A stretch of DNA of 32,000 nt from Thermoproteus tenax Kra 1 (GTDB taxonomy: Archaea; Thermoproteota; Thermoprotei; Thermoproteales; Thermoproteaceae), in the NCBI RefSeq assembly GCF_000253055.1, contig NC_016070.1:600001-632000 (forward strand), written 5' to 3'. The translations under genes were made by a program, and so were the position numbers. This document shows positions 1 to 7,938 of this stretch, piece by piece. Below the pieces are notes generated by a model that made no database searches, had not been told where the DNA came from, and saw only the letters and a list, made by a program, of their open reading frames with translations. Numbering within the stretch: the stretch's first letter is position 1; every line of letters starts with the position of its first letter.

Positions 1-265
1 GCGGATGACCCGCCGACACGCCGCGTGGGCCGGCGCGGCTGGTCGGACGGGGGTTGCAGTGGGCTGGACGGGCGCCGCCTGTCCCTCCCTCCGGAGCCCT
101 AGGTCAGGGGGGCCCGTAACTCCGCCGGCGCCGGCCGTCGCTCCCACGTGGGCGGTCTGGCGGGCGATGAAGCCTCGGCCCTCGGGGCCTGCCCAGCCGG
201 CGTACCCAAGCCGTAGGGCTTGGCGGCGCCGGCGAAGGCGGCGAACCAGGGGAGGTCCGGGAGAG
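1..265. other. Unassigned, very GC-rich segment at the window edge (structured RNA or edge-truncated gene?)
   Basis: By hand count about 77% G+C over 1-240, well above the rest of the window. Several frames are open on both strands simply because stop codons are rare at this composition. Hairpins can be paired at 9-51 and 206-223. Confidence 0.3.
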
Positions 266-1201
266 CTATATCTTTATTTCGGCCAAAGTGTCGTCGGTAT
301 AGACGTCCTTGATCGCTAGGATGTCGCCCGAGTAGATCCCAATCTTGGGCCTTACCGCCCTATAGGGCCCAGCCTTGCTTGAGAAGATAGTGTAGACCAC
401 AGAGTTGTGCCGCACGAAGCCCTGTTCCACGTATAAGTGGCCTCTGACTATTCCCTTGAGCCCCTCTCTCTTGAGGAACTCTGCGGTGGGCCTTCTGCCG
501 TAGAGCCAGATGCCAGGTCCTCTAGGGCTCGGCATATAGCTCTCGCAGTCGCATGGATCGTTCCACAGAGCCTGAAAGGCGAGGGGGTCCTCGGGCAGAG
601 TGAGGTCCCCCCTTACGGCCTTGAGCTCCTCCAGTGCTGCGGGCTCCATCGAGGGCTCCTTGAGGGGCACGCCGCCGTGGACGGCCAGAAGTACGTCGTT
701 TATTTTAGCGGCCAGAGGCATGCGCGCGAACATCTTCTCTATTTCGCCGTAGAGCTCCGCGCAGTTGGGGAGTCTCTTCAAAAGACATAGCTCATCTATG
801 AACCCCCCGTCCTCGTTCATAAGCGGAGACTCGTGGTTGCCCCTCAGGACGTAGGCCCTCCCCTCGAGGTAGAGGCCGACGACGGTCTTCAGAACCTCAA
901 GTCCGTGTCTCCCTCTGTCGACGTAATCTCCAAGAAAGAGGAGCTTTTTATTGCCCCATTTCTCCAAGATGATGTCCAACGTGTCTCTGTCGCCGTGTAG
1001 ATCCCCTACGATGACCAGTTCCTTCTCTCTGATATCTAGCACTAAGCCCCCCTCGGCGAACTTAGCCGCCGCCTCCCGGAAGAGCTCCTTCAAGTCCACA
1101 GCCACGAGCCGTTGTGTTAATTTTACGGTTACGTCAGCCTGAATAGGCGAGAGGCGTTGTAGTAGACTCTGTCCACTACATCGTCCTCGCTCATGCGCCA
1201 T
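266..1201 (-). CDS. PPP-family serine/threonine protein phosphatase (metallophosphoesterase)
   Basis: 311-aa ORF with the signature blocks GDLHGD, GDYVDRG and RGNHE in canonical order. The ATG at 1201 overlaps the 3' end of the upstream TatD-like gene by 73 nt, so the exact start is uncertain. Confidence 0.85.
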   Translation of the reverse strand: MAHERGRCSGQSLLQRLSPIQADVTVKLTQRLVAVDLKELFREAAAKFAEGGLVLDIREKELVIVGDLHGDRDTLDIILEKWGNKKLLFLGDYVDRGRHGLEVLKTVVGLYLEGRAYVLRGNHESPLMNEDGGFIDELCLLKRLPNCAELYGEIEKMFARMPLAAKINDVLLAVHGGVPLKEPSMEPAALEELKAVRGDLTLPEDPLAFQALWNDPCDCESYMPSPRGPGIWLYGRRPTAEFLKREGLKGIVRGHLYVEQGFVRHNSVVYTIFSSKAGPYRAVRPKIGIYSGDILAIKDVYTDDTLAEIKI

Positions 1202-1845
1202 ATCTCGGCCAACACCTTTATCGTCTCCTTCACCATGGGCGGCTGGAGCTTGAGCCCTCTATACTCGTAGGGCCCGTCGCTCTCCAACAACACCATATCG
1301 GGGCGGGCCGCCTCGGCGACATCCCTGTGTTTCTTCTGTATCTTCACAGCTGGGTTTATGGTTATATAATAGCCGTATCTGCCGATGTCTTCCAAAAGGG
1401 CGAGGGGGCCGGTGTACCAGTGGATAACGGCCTTGTCCACGTCCGCCTTCCTCAGAGCCTCGACCACGTCGGCCCACGCATCCGGCGCATGGACGTTGAG
1501 CACTAGATCGTACTCTTTGGCCAATCGGAGGAACGCCGAGAACACCTCCCTCTGTTTTTCGTAGGTCTCGGGCACGAACTTCTTATCGAGCCCAACCTCG
1601 CCTATGCAAGGCGCATTGCTCCTCTCGATGAGCTTCAGCGTTGTGGAGAGGTCAGCGGGAGTGGATCTGTCTACGTGCCAGGGATGTATGCCGAGGCAAG
1701 GGACTAAGCCGATGCGCTCGCTCAGCTCCAGAGTCCTCGCCGAGCTCGTTGCATCGTCTGAAACCCCCACCAGTTTTATCTCGGAGAATTTGGCGAGCTC
1801 TTCGTCGGAGAACTCATGGCAGTGGCAGTGAGCGTCTATCAACAC
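1129..1845 (-). CDS. TatD-family metal-dependent hydrolase
   Basis: 238-aa ORF starting MLIDAHCHCHEF (the HxH metal motif of TatD/amidohydrolases), with further conserved His/Asp positions (NVHAPD, VIHWYTG, LLESDGPY). Confidence 0.85.
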   Translation of the reverse strand: MLIDAHCHCHEFSDEELAKFSEIKLVGVSDDATSSARTLELSERIGLVPCLGIHPWHVDRSTPADLSTTLKLIERSNAPCIGEVGLDKKFVPETYEKQREVFSAFLRLAKEYDLVLNVHAPDAWADVVEALRKADVDKAVIHWYTGPLALLEDIGRYGYYITINPAVKIQKKHRDVAEAARPDMVLLESDGPYEYRGLKLQPPMVKETIKVLAEIWRMSEDDVVDRVYYNASRLFRLT

Positions 1846-1917
1846 AGTACACCGTGGCTGCCAGATTTTAAAGGTTGATCCAGTGACAGAGAAGTGAGGA
1901 GGAGTAGAGTCAGAGTT

Positions 1918-2415
1918 ATGGGGATCGACGTAGAGCTGTTGGAGTTCGATGAGGGCGTTGAGACCGTTGAAAGGGCGGCCAGAGCCAGCGGCGAGCCGCC
2001 CGAGGCTATAGTGAAGACGCTGCTTATGAGGGCCGGCGACGAGTATATAGTTGTATTGGCCAGAGGTCTCGCCAAAGTGAACACTGAAGCGCTCTCGAGG
2101 GCCTTGGGAACGCCGGTTGTCTTGGCCAGAGCCAGAGAGGTGAGGGCAGTGCTAGGCGTTGAGCCAGGCGCTGTGACGCCTCTGAGCGAGAAGGTCAAGG
2201 CTCTGAGGATATTCGCAGACCCCGGCATTCTGCATTATGAATACGTCTTAGTAGGAGGGGGGAACACGAGGTCTCTAATAAGGGTTAGGACCTCGGATCT
2301 AGTGAGGGCACTATCCCCCAGTTTTGTCGGGGATCTTCTCCTCGAAGAGCCCGAGGCCCACGACGAGGATAAAGGCGAACCAAGCCAAAGCCAACAACAC
2401 GTGGTCTCTGGATAG
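1918..2415 (+). CDS. YbaK/ProX-type aminoacyl-tRNA editing (deacylase) domain protein
   Basis: The ORF opens at GTG 1894, and ATG 1918 gives MGIDVELLEFDEG.... The AIVKTLLM...YIVVLARG...VNTEALSRALG and GAVTPL segments are typical of the YbaK/EbsC family. Confidence 0.8.
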   Translation: MGIDVELLEFDEGVETVERAARASGEPPEAIVKTLLMRAGDEYIVVLARGLAKVNTEALSRALGTPVVLARAREVRAVLGVEPGAVTPLSEKVKALRIFADPGILHYEYVLVGGGNTRSLIRVRTSDLVRALSPSFVGDLLLEEPEAHDEDKGEPSQSQQHVVSG

Positions 2416-2493
2416 AAGCGAGATCCACGTGAAGGCCAACGCTAAGAGGAGCGCTACGACGGCCGCTATTATCTTATCGACCCCCAGCTTCAT
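2311..2493 (-). CDS. Small membrane protein (two predicted TM helices)
   Basis: 60-aa ORF located 32 nt downstream of the CBS gene on the same strand, with two clear hydrophobic helices. It has a 105-nt convergent overlap with the tail of the YbaK-like ORF, so it remains uncertain. Confidence 0.4.
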   Translation of the reverse strand: MKLGVDKIIAAVVALLLALAFTWISLLSRDHVLLALAWFAFILVVGLGLFEEKIPDKTGG

Positions 2494-2525
2494 CGCGAGT
2501 GAAAACAGAGGCTATTATTAAGGAT

Positions 2526-2939
2526 TTAGTCTGCGGCGGGCGCGTAGCTCGTCGTGAGCTCCGCGAATGATGCAGCGTCTGATAAAAGCTCGTCTTCATC
2601 GGCTATGTCGCTTGCAGACACTACTCCTATGAACCTCCCGCCCGAGGTGACTGCCGCAAACCTGTTCCCCGATACGATAAACGCCTCCGCCACCTTCCAC
2701 AACGGCTCGTGTCCCTCGACCAACAACGGCGGAGCTGTAATTATTTCTACCACCGGTGCGTCGGGCGGAGTGTTCTGAGCCACGGCTCTAACTATATCGT
2801 ATTCTGTAATTACGCCCACAGGCTCCTCGCCGTCTAGAACTACGGCGCATTCCGCCTCGACAAGGGCCTTGGCGGCATCCAACACAGTGCTGTTGGGGGC
2901 GATGCTTGGAACCTCCTTGGCTATGTCGATCGCCTTCAT
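2526..2939 (-). CDS. CBS-domain pair protein
   Basis: 137-aa ORF with two CBS-like repeats (VVLDGEEPVGVITEYDIVRAV and AAVTSGGRFIGVVSASDI). Confidence 0.85.
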   Translation of the reverse strand: MKAIDIAKEVPSIAPNSTVLDAAKALVEAECAVVLDGEEPVGVITEYDIVRAVAQNTPPDAPVVEIITAPPLLVEGHEPLWKVAEAFIVSGNRFAAVTSGGRFIGVVSASDIADEDELLSDAASFAELTTSYAPAAD

Positions 2940-3121
2940 GTAATAACTTATGATTTTTATTTATAAATCTTATTACTTGATTTTAGTTAGGCTAAATATC
3001 TTTAGTGATATTCATTATATTTTTACTGTTAGTCAAATGGATTTTTAAAAACTATAGATTATATTCATCTATATATATTGCCCGACGTCGGACTGTGCAG
3101 AGCGGACATTAGAACAAACTA

Positions 3122-3212
3122 AGCCGCCGCCGGGATTTGAACCCGGGACCTACGGGTCTGCAGCCGCGGCCGAAGGCTCGTCCGCCGCTATGCCGGGCTT
3201 AGCTACGGCGGC
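3122..3212 (-). tRNA. tRNA-Cys (anticodon GCA) with a 17-nt intron in the 5' strand of the anticodon stem
   Basis: Hand-folded cloverleaf. Acceptor stem GCCGCCG/CGGCGGC with discriminator U. D arm GCUA-AGCCCGGCA-UAGC. T arm CCGGG-UUCAAAU-CCCGG. Anticodon loop CUGCAGA. The anticodon stem GCGG|G with CCCGU forms only after removing ACGAGCCUUCGGCCGCG (+ coordinates 3165-3181). No CCA is encoded. Confidence 0.85.
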
Positions 3213-3232
3213 TCAGTAAGATCAAACGTTGC

Positions 3233-3242
3233 AAATTAAAAA
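3233..3242 (-). promoter_or_regulatory. TATA-like box for tRNA-Cys
   Basis: TTTTTAATTT on the minus strand lies 21-30 nt upstream of the tRNA 5' end at 3212. Confidence 0.5.
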
Positions 3243-3284
3243 CATTGAGGCCAATGTTCTTATTTCAGCTCTATATTGGAGCTA

Positions 3285-4448
3285 ATGTATAAAGCTCTGG
3301 CGTTTGCGTCGCCTATACACGGGGACTTCGTCCACGCTAAGTACGAGGAGGTCAAGAGGTTGTTTCCAACGGCGTCTGGCCCCTACTCCAGCGCCGAAGA
3401 TGCTCCCCCAGCTAAAGTCGCCGTTATAATACCGATTACCGGCGGAACTAGCGCCGCTATAGCGGAATACGCCAGAAGGGCCGGAGCAGAGCGCGTGGTG
3501 CTGTTCGGTCTGCCAGAGCACAACAGTCTCGCTTCGGCGCTCTCTGCGAGGTCTCTTTTGGAGGCCGAGGGCATCAAGACTTGGGTATTTCACTGCCCCC
3601 CTGGCTCAGACTGCAGTAGGGAGGCCGATATGGCGTCTAGGGTCGCCGGCGCCGTCGCCTCGCTTCACTCGCCGCGAGTGTTGCTAATAGGCAGGAGGAC
3701 AGCCCAGACAGAGCGATTTGAGGCCAAATTTAACGCAAAGGTCGATGTGATGTCCATAGACGACTTCGCCGAGCTCGTCCGTAAGTCAGAGCCCGACCCG
3801 GAGTTCCTCAGAGTGTTCGGGCGAGATCTTGCAGACATCGCCAGGATATACGCAGCCCTCAAGGGGCTGGGCAGTTACGATGGGGTGGCTGTTACGTGCT
3901 TCCCCTATATCCAAAAGTACGGCAAGACGCCGTGTCTGCCCCTCTCTCTATTAAACTCTAGGGGGATTTTGGCGGCATGTGAAGGCGACCTTCAGGCTCT
4001 CACTGCAATGTTCATCTCAAGGGCTCTGACAGACACCGGCGGGTGGATCGCCAATGTGGCATACGTGAGAGAGGATGAGGCGTTCTTCGCCCACTGCACG
4101 ATAAACTTGGGCATGGCTAAGGCGTGGCGCATAATGCCCCACTTTGAGACAGGGAAGCCGGCGGGTCTAGCAGCGGAGCTCCCGCGGGGTCTCTATACAG
4201 GTATCAGCGTCGGCCCCTTGTTTGATAGACTGGGGGTCGGCCTCTTCGAGGCCCTTGAGACAGGCAATATGGTCCCTTGGGCATGTAGAACTCAGATGAG
4301 GGCCCGCCCCCTCTTCGATGGCAGGAGGCTCCTGGAGTTGGCCCCGGCAAACCACCACGTGTTGGCTCCAGGAGATCTGAGGGAGGCTCTCAGAGCGGTG
4401 TCGCATCTATTGGACATGCGCTACGTCGGCTACTCAGAGGGACAATAG
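3285..4448 (+). CDS. Conserved hypothetical protein (weak sugar-isomerase-like resemblance)
   Basis: Long ORF (TTG 3276 or ATG 3285) with no competing frame. I recognise no family with confidence. The central ...GILAACEGDLQAL... segment is only reminiscent of fucose/arabinose-isomerase-like proteins. Confidence 0.75.
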   Translation: MYKALAFASPIHGDFVHAKYEEVKRLFPTASGPYSSAEDAPPAKVAVIIPITGGTSAAIAEYARRAGAERVVLFGLPEHNSLASALSARSLLEAEGIKTWVFHCPPGSDCSREADMASRVAGAVASLHSPRVLLIGRRTAQTERFEAKFNAKVDVMSIDDFAELVRKSEPDPEFLRVFGRDLADIARIYAALKGLGSYDGVAVTCFPYIQKYGKTPCLPLSLLNSRGILAACEGDLQALTAMFISRALTDTGGWIANVAYVREDEAFFAHCTINLGMAKAWRIMPHFETGKPAGLAAELPRGLYTGISVGPLFDRLGVGLFEALETGNMVPWACRTQMRARPLFDGRRLLELAPANHHVLAPGDLREALRAVSHLLDMRYVGYSEGQ

Positions 4449-5852
4449 CTCTTGTATCCTCCTCGCCACGTCTGGATCCGGCTCCACCTCCTCGGGCCAT
4501 GGCCTTCCTCCATATTCCTCCGGCAACTTCCTCGTGGCGTCTATACCTAGCTTGGAGCCGTAGCCCGGCGTCGGCGACCCGGTGTCCAACACGTCCACAT
4601 GTGCCCCGGGCACCACCAAGACGTCTCTCTGCGGGTCAACCCTCTGGGCAAGCGCGAAGAGCACTTGGTTTATGTCGTGCACATCCACGTCGTGGTCCAC
4701 GACTATGAGTATCTTTGTCAGCGACATCATGTGGCCCAAGCCCCATAGCGCCATCATCACCTTCTTGGCGTGTCCCGGATACCTCTTCTTGATGGACACT
4801 ATAGCAAGGCCTTGGTAGAGGCTTGAGGGCGGCATCTCTAGGTCAACCACCTCGGGTAACAAGAACCTCAAGATTGGGAGGAATATTCTCTCAACCGCCT
4901 TGCCCATCCAAGCGTCCTCTAGCGGAGGTTTGCCGACGACCGTTCCATAGTAGATGGGGTCCTCCCTCCTCAGAAGCGCCTTAGCTTTGAAGGTCGGGTA
5001 AAGGCCGCCTTGGTCGTAGACGCCGTAGTGGTCTCCGAAGGGGCCCTCCTTCCTTAGGTCTCTCACGTCCACGCATCCTTCAACGACGGCCTCGGCGTTT
5101 GCCGGTATCAGCAACTCAGTCGCCTCGCCCTTCGCGACCTCCACTCCCTCGCCCTTCAATAAGCCGGCGAAGAGGTACTCGTCGAGAGGATACGGCGTGG
5201 GCATCATTCCGCTCAACATCAAGGCTGGGTCCCCCCCTATTGCTATGGCCGCGTCGACACAGCCCTCGGAGACTGAGAAGAGCTCGGCGGCCCTCTTGTG
5301 TATCTGCGCGTGGACTATCGCCTCCGTCTCGTTCAAGATTTGTATTCTATATACTCCTATGTTGGTCACCCCATCCCGCGATTTTGTTATGAAGAGTCCG
5401 TACGTTATATATCTGCCTGCGTCCTTGGGCCACGACTTAAACGCCGGAATAGACAGTAGGTTTGGCCTTTCCACGACCTCTTTCACGTCGGCTCTCCTGA
5501 CCAACCGAGGCGAGTATTTGCCCAGCGAGAGGACGTCGGTTAGCGATCTGATCTTCTCAGTCAAGGTGATAGGGGGCGGCGACGATATAATGGCTAACAG
5601 CCTCTCGCCGATATCCTCAAGCCTCTCAACGCCGAGGGCAAGCTTTATTCTGTCCATTGTAGCGAAGAGGTTGCCTACGACTCTCCAGCCGGGATGCCCT
5701 TTGACTTTCTCAAAAAGGAGGGCAGGACCCTGCTTATACGCCGCTCTCCGTATGGCCTCGGGTATTTCGAGCTCCGGCGAAAGCTCCACAGTTATCCTCC
5801 TCAGCTCTCCTCTGGTCTCCAGAGCTTGAATATACTCCCTTAGGTCGCGCAT
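4434..5852 (-). CDS. ubiD: UbiD-family (prenylated-FMN dependent) aromatic decarboxylase
   Basis: 472-aa ORF with a typical UbiD N-terminus (MRDLREYIQALETRGELRRI) and conserved core (ITKSRDGVTNIGVYRIQ, GGDPA, EGPFGDHYGVY). Confidence 0.9.
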   Translation of the reverse strand: MRDLREYIQALETRGELRRITVELSPELEIPEAIRRAAYKQGPALLFEKVKGHPGWRVVGNLFATMDRIKLALGVERLEDIGERLLAIISSPPPITLTEKIRSLTDVLSLGKYSPRLVRRADVKEVVERPNLLSIPAFKSWPKDAGRYITYGLFITKSRDGVTNIGVYRIQILNETEAIVHAQIHKRAAELFSVSEGCVDAAIAIGGDPALMLSGMMPTPYPLDEYLFAGLLKGEGVEVAKGEATELLIPANAEAVVEGCVDVRDLRKEGPFGDHYGVYDQGGLYPTFKAKALLRREDPIYYGTVVGKPPLEDAWMGKAVERIFLPILRFLLPEVVDLEMPPSSLYQGLAIVSIKKRYPGHAKKVMMALWGLGHMMSLTKILIVVDHDVDVHDINQVLFALAQRVDPQRDVLVVPGAHVDVLDTGSPTPGYGSKLGIDATRKLPEEYGGRPWPEEVEPDPDVARRIQELLSL

Positions 5853-5856
5853 GGGA

Positions 5857-5878
5857 TTTAAAACGCAGATATATTTAG
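5857..5878. promoter_or_regulatory. Back-to-back TATA-like boxes in the 29-bp ubiD/ubiA divergent spacer
   Basis: ATTTAAAA (5857-5864) lies about 18-25 nt upstream of the ubiA GTG at 5882. ATATATTTA (5870-5878, read on the minus strand) lies 18-26 nt upstream of the ubiD ATG at 5852. Confidence 0.45.
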
Positions 5879-5881
5879 CGC

Positions 5882-6757
5882 GTGAGATGGGACCCCGAAG
5901 CCGCCAGTTCAGCCTTCTCCAGATACCTCAAGTTCGTGAGGATAGAGCACACGCTCTTCGCATTGCCCATGGCCTACGCCGCCGCGCTCGAGGCCTCGGG
6001 AGGCCGCATGAGTTTGTGGCAAGCTGTGTGGATAGCGCTGGCGTTCCTGGGCCTTAGGATCGCCGGCATGTCCTACAACAATATAGCAGACCGCGACATA
6101 GATGCCCTAAATCCCAGGACTAGGGGTAGGATGTTGGTGACCGGAGCTGTGTCGTTAAAGGGCGCATATGCCGTCTTAGGAATCGGCGTTGCTCTCTTCG
6201 AGCTGTCGGCCGCAATGTTGGGGCCATGGCCCCTCTATCTCTCCCTCCCATATCTGTTGATAACGTTGAGCTATCCATATGCCAAGCGTTGGCACTGTCT
6301 CCCCCACTTGCATCTCGGCTCGGTCTACGCCCTCGTGCCTCTCGGCGCTGCCATAGCTATGTATAGCGAGGATATAGGGGCTGCCCTTGTTCACACGCCT
6401 TGGCTCCTCGTCGCGGCCTCGGCTCTGTGGGTCGCCGGCTTTGATACGTTCTACTCCAAAATGGATCTAGATTTCGACCGGAGGATGGGCTTGGGGAGCA
6501 TCCCGGCATGTTATGGGGAGCGGGCGGCCAGGATGGCGTGGACCCTCATGTTGACGGCCTCGGCTGTTATGTACCTATTGAACTACATCGCGATGGGGGG
6601 AGGGCCCATAGGTCTCGTGCCCACGGCGATAGCTGCTGTAGTGGAGGCGTCCTCCGCCGTCTTGGCATACGATGAGTCCAAGATACCAACCGCCTTCAAC
6701 TCTAATTTGTCCGTAGGACTTCTGATGTCGCTCGGCATTTTGCTCAACTATATCTGA
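5882..6757 (+). CDS. ubiA: UbiA-family aromatic prenyltransferase
   Basis: 291-aa polytopic membrane ORF with a GTG start, the Asp-rich motif NNIADRDIDALNPRT and a second motif region YSKMDLDFDRRMG. Confidence 0.9.
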   Translation: MRWDPEAASSAFSRYLKFVRIEHTLFALPMAYAAALEASGGRMSLWQAVWIALAFLGLRIAGMSYNNIADRDIDALNPRTRGRMLVTGAVSLKGAYAVLGIGVALFELSAAMLGPWPLYLSLPYLLITLSYPYAKRWHCLPHLHLGSVYALVPLGAAIAMYSEDIGAALVHTPWLLVAASALWVAGFDTFYSKMDLDFDRRMGLGSIPACYGERAARMAWTLMLTASAVMYLLNYIAMGGGPIGLVPTAIAAVVEASSAVLAYDESKIPTAFNSNLSVGLLMSLGILLNYI

Positions 6758-7647
6758 TGTGGGGCTCCCCGGCGGTCTTGGCGGTGGCGCTGGCCCTTGA
6801 GGTCTTGGATCGGCCAAGAGAATGGAATGGGTATTTTGTGAGCAGGTTGATCCCGCCCTCGGCGCATCCAGTGGCTCTAATCTATAAAGCGGCCTCCCGC
6901 CTCGTTAAGAGGGGCGCCACGTTGAGAAACGCCTTGTTAGTGGCATTATTCGTCCTGGCGCCGTCTCTGGCTCTGTATATGTTACAGTCCGCGATAGGCT
7001 CGGGTTTGTGGCAGACTGTGGCCGAGGCCTATCTGCTCAAGCTGGCCTTCTCCGAAAGCCATATACTCTACCCTTGTTGGAGCGCCTATAGTAGGGATAG
7101 CTGTCCCAGGGGCGTGGTTCAACAGTTCGTGAGAAGGGATCTCGCCACGGCCTCGTGCCCGCACGTGGCATCAGCCTGCATAGAAACTGCCGCGGAGTCC
7201 TTTGTGGACTCCTTTGTGTCGCCCTTGTTCTGGTATATTCTGTTGGGGTTGCCTGGCGCCTGGGCACAGAGGATCGCCAACACTCTGGATGGACTCATCG
7301 GGTTCAGAGACTGGGGCAAGTCGGGGGCCCCTGCGGCATATCTAGATACGGCGCTAAACTGGATCCCGGCAAGGCTCTCGGCCGGCGTCATCCTAGCGTC
7401 CGCGCTCCTGTTGGGGCTACGTCCGGATCTCTCGCCTCTGAGGGGCAATAGAATGGAGAGCAAGAACGCCCGTTGGCCTATATCTGCCGTGGCAGGAGCG
7501 CTTGCAGTCCGTCTCGAGAAGCCGGGTATATACGCCGTAGGGCGCGGGCCTCTTCCCGACGTCGAGTCGGTGAGGAGGGCCCTCAAGCTGTTGGCCTTAT
7601 CATGTACTATCTACTCTCTTTTTGCGCTGGGCCTTATGTTTATATAG
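6757..7647 (+). CDS. cbiB: Adenosylcobinamide-phosphate synthase CbiB/CobD
   Basis: 296-aa membrane ORF whose ATG shares one nucleotide with the ubiA stop. Shows CbiB-like segments (AHPVALIYKA, SPLFWYILLGLPGAWAQRIANTLDGLIGF, LNWIPARLSA). Confidence 0.85.
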   Translation: MWGSPAVLAVALALEVLDRPREWNGYFVSRLIPPSAHPVALIYKAASRLVKRGATLRNALLVALFVLAPSLALYMLQSAIGSGLWQTVAEAYLLKLAFSESHILYPCWSAYSRDSCPRGVVQQFVRRDLATASCPHVASACIETAAESFVDSFVSPLFWYILLGLPGAWAQRIANTLDGLIGFRDWGKSGAPAAYLDTALNWIPARLSAGVILASALLLGLRPDLSPLRGNRMESKNARWPISAVAGALAVRLEKPGIYAVGRGPLPDVESVRRALKLLALSCTIYSLFALGLMFI

Positions 7648-7665
7648 GTGGGTCTTGATGGAGAC

Positions 7666-7938
7666 ATGAAGCCGGCGAACTATGAGCTATTCTACTATGC
7701 ATATATAGGGTTCGCAATTGGCGTGGCTGTCTTCTACCTATATCTTACATTGGGCGGATATGTGGCCCCCAACTACTCCGTAGGCGGGCAGACCTGGAAT
7801 TTAGCCGAGGTGGTCGCAGCGTTGTTCACGGCGGCTACCATAGGCGTGATATATCTGAGATATCGTCAGGAGGGCGAGAGGGAGGCGTCTACTGCGGTCT
7901 CCGCCAAGACTGCCAAGAGGAAGGAGAGGAGGCGTTGA
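7666..7938 (+). CDS. Small membrane protein (two TM helices, basic tail)
   Basis: ORF opens at GTG 7648 immediately after the cbiB stop, with an ATG at 7666. It has two hydrophobic helices and a Lys/Arg-rich C-terminus, and overlaps the convergent radical SAM gene by 50 nt. Confidence 0.5.
   Translation: MKPANYELFYYAYIGFAIGVAVFYLYLTLGGYVAPNYSVGGQTWNLAEVVAALFTAATIGVIYLRYRQEGEREASTAVSAKTAKRKERRR

Noticed and set aside
205-225. Resemblance of AAGCCGUAGGGCUU to the 16S rRNA 3' helix (GCCGUAGGG)
   Set aside because: The match is limited to 9 nt. No anti-Shine-Dalgarno tail (GAUCACCUCC) or other rRNA signature is nearby.
100-265. In-frame open extension after the phosphatase TAG stop (possible read-through)
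   Set aside because: The open frame is expected by chance in such GC-rich sequence. The phosphatase already has normal length, and no recoding signal is visible.
5-319. 104-aa + strand ORF across the GC-rich left edge
   Set aside because: The translation is Arg/Pro/Ala/Gly low-complexity (including a run of RRRRRR). The frame is open only because stop codons are rare at about 77% G+C, and it overlaps the phosphatase 3' end. Not called as a CDS.
5197-5829. Long antisense ORFs inside conserved genes (5197-5829 in ubiD, 7119-7586 in cbiB, 11538-11987 in the GT2 gene, 12551-13120 in the KaiC-like gene, 20406-20990 in ABCE1, 22566-22925 in iorA)
   Set aside because: All lie antisense to ORFs with strong family motifs, and they translate to Ser/Pro/Arg/Thr-rich low-complexity sequence. 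These are typical shadow ORFs.
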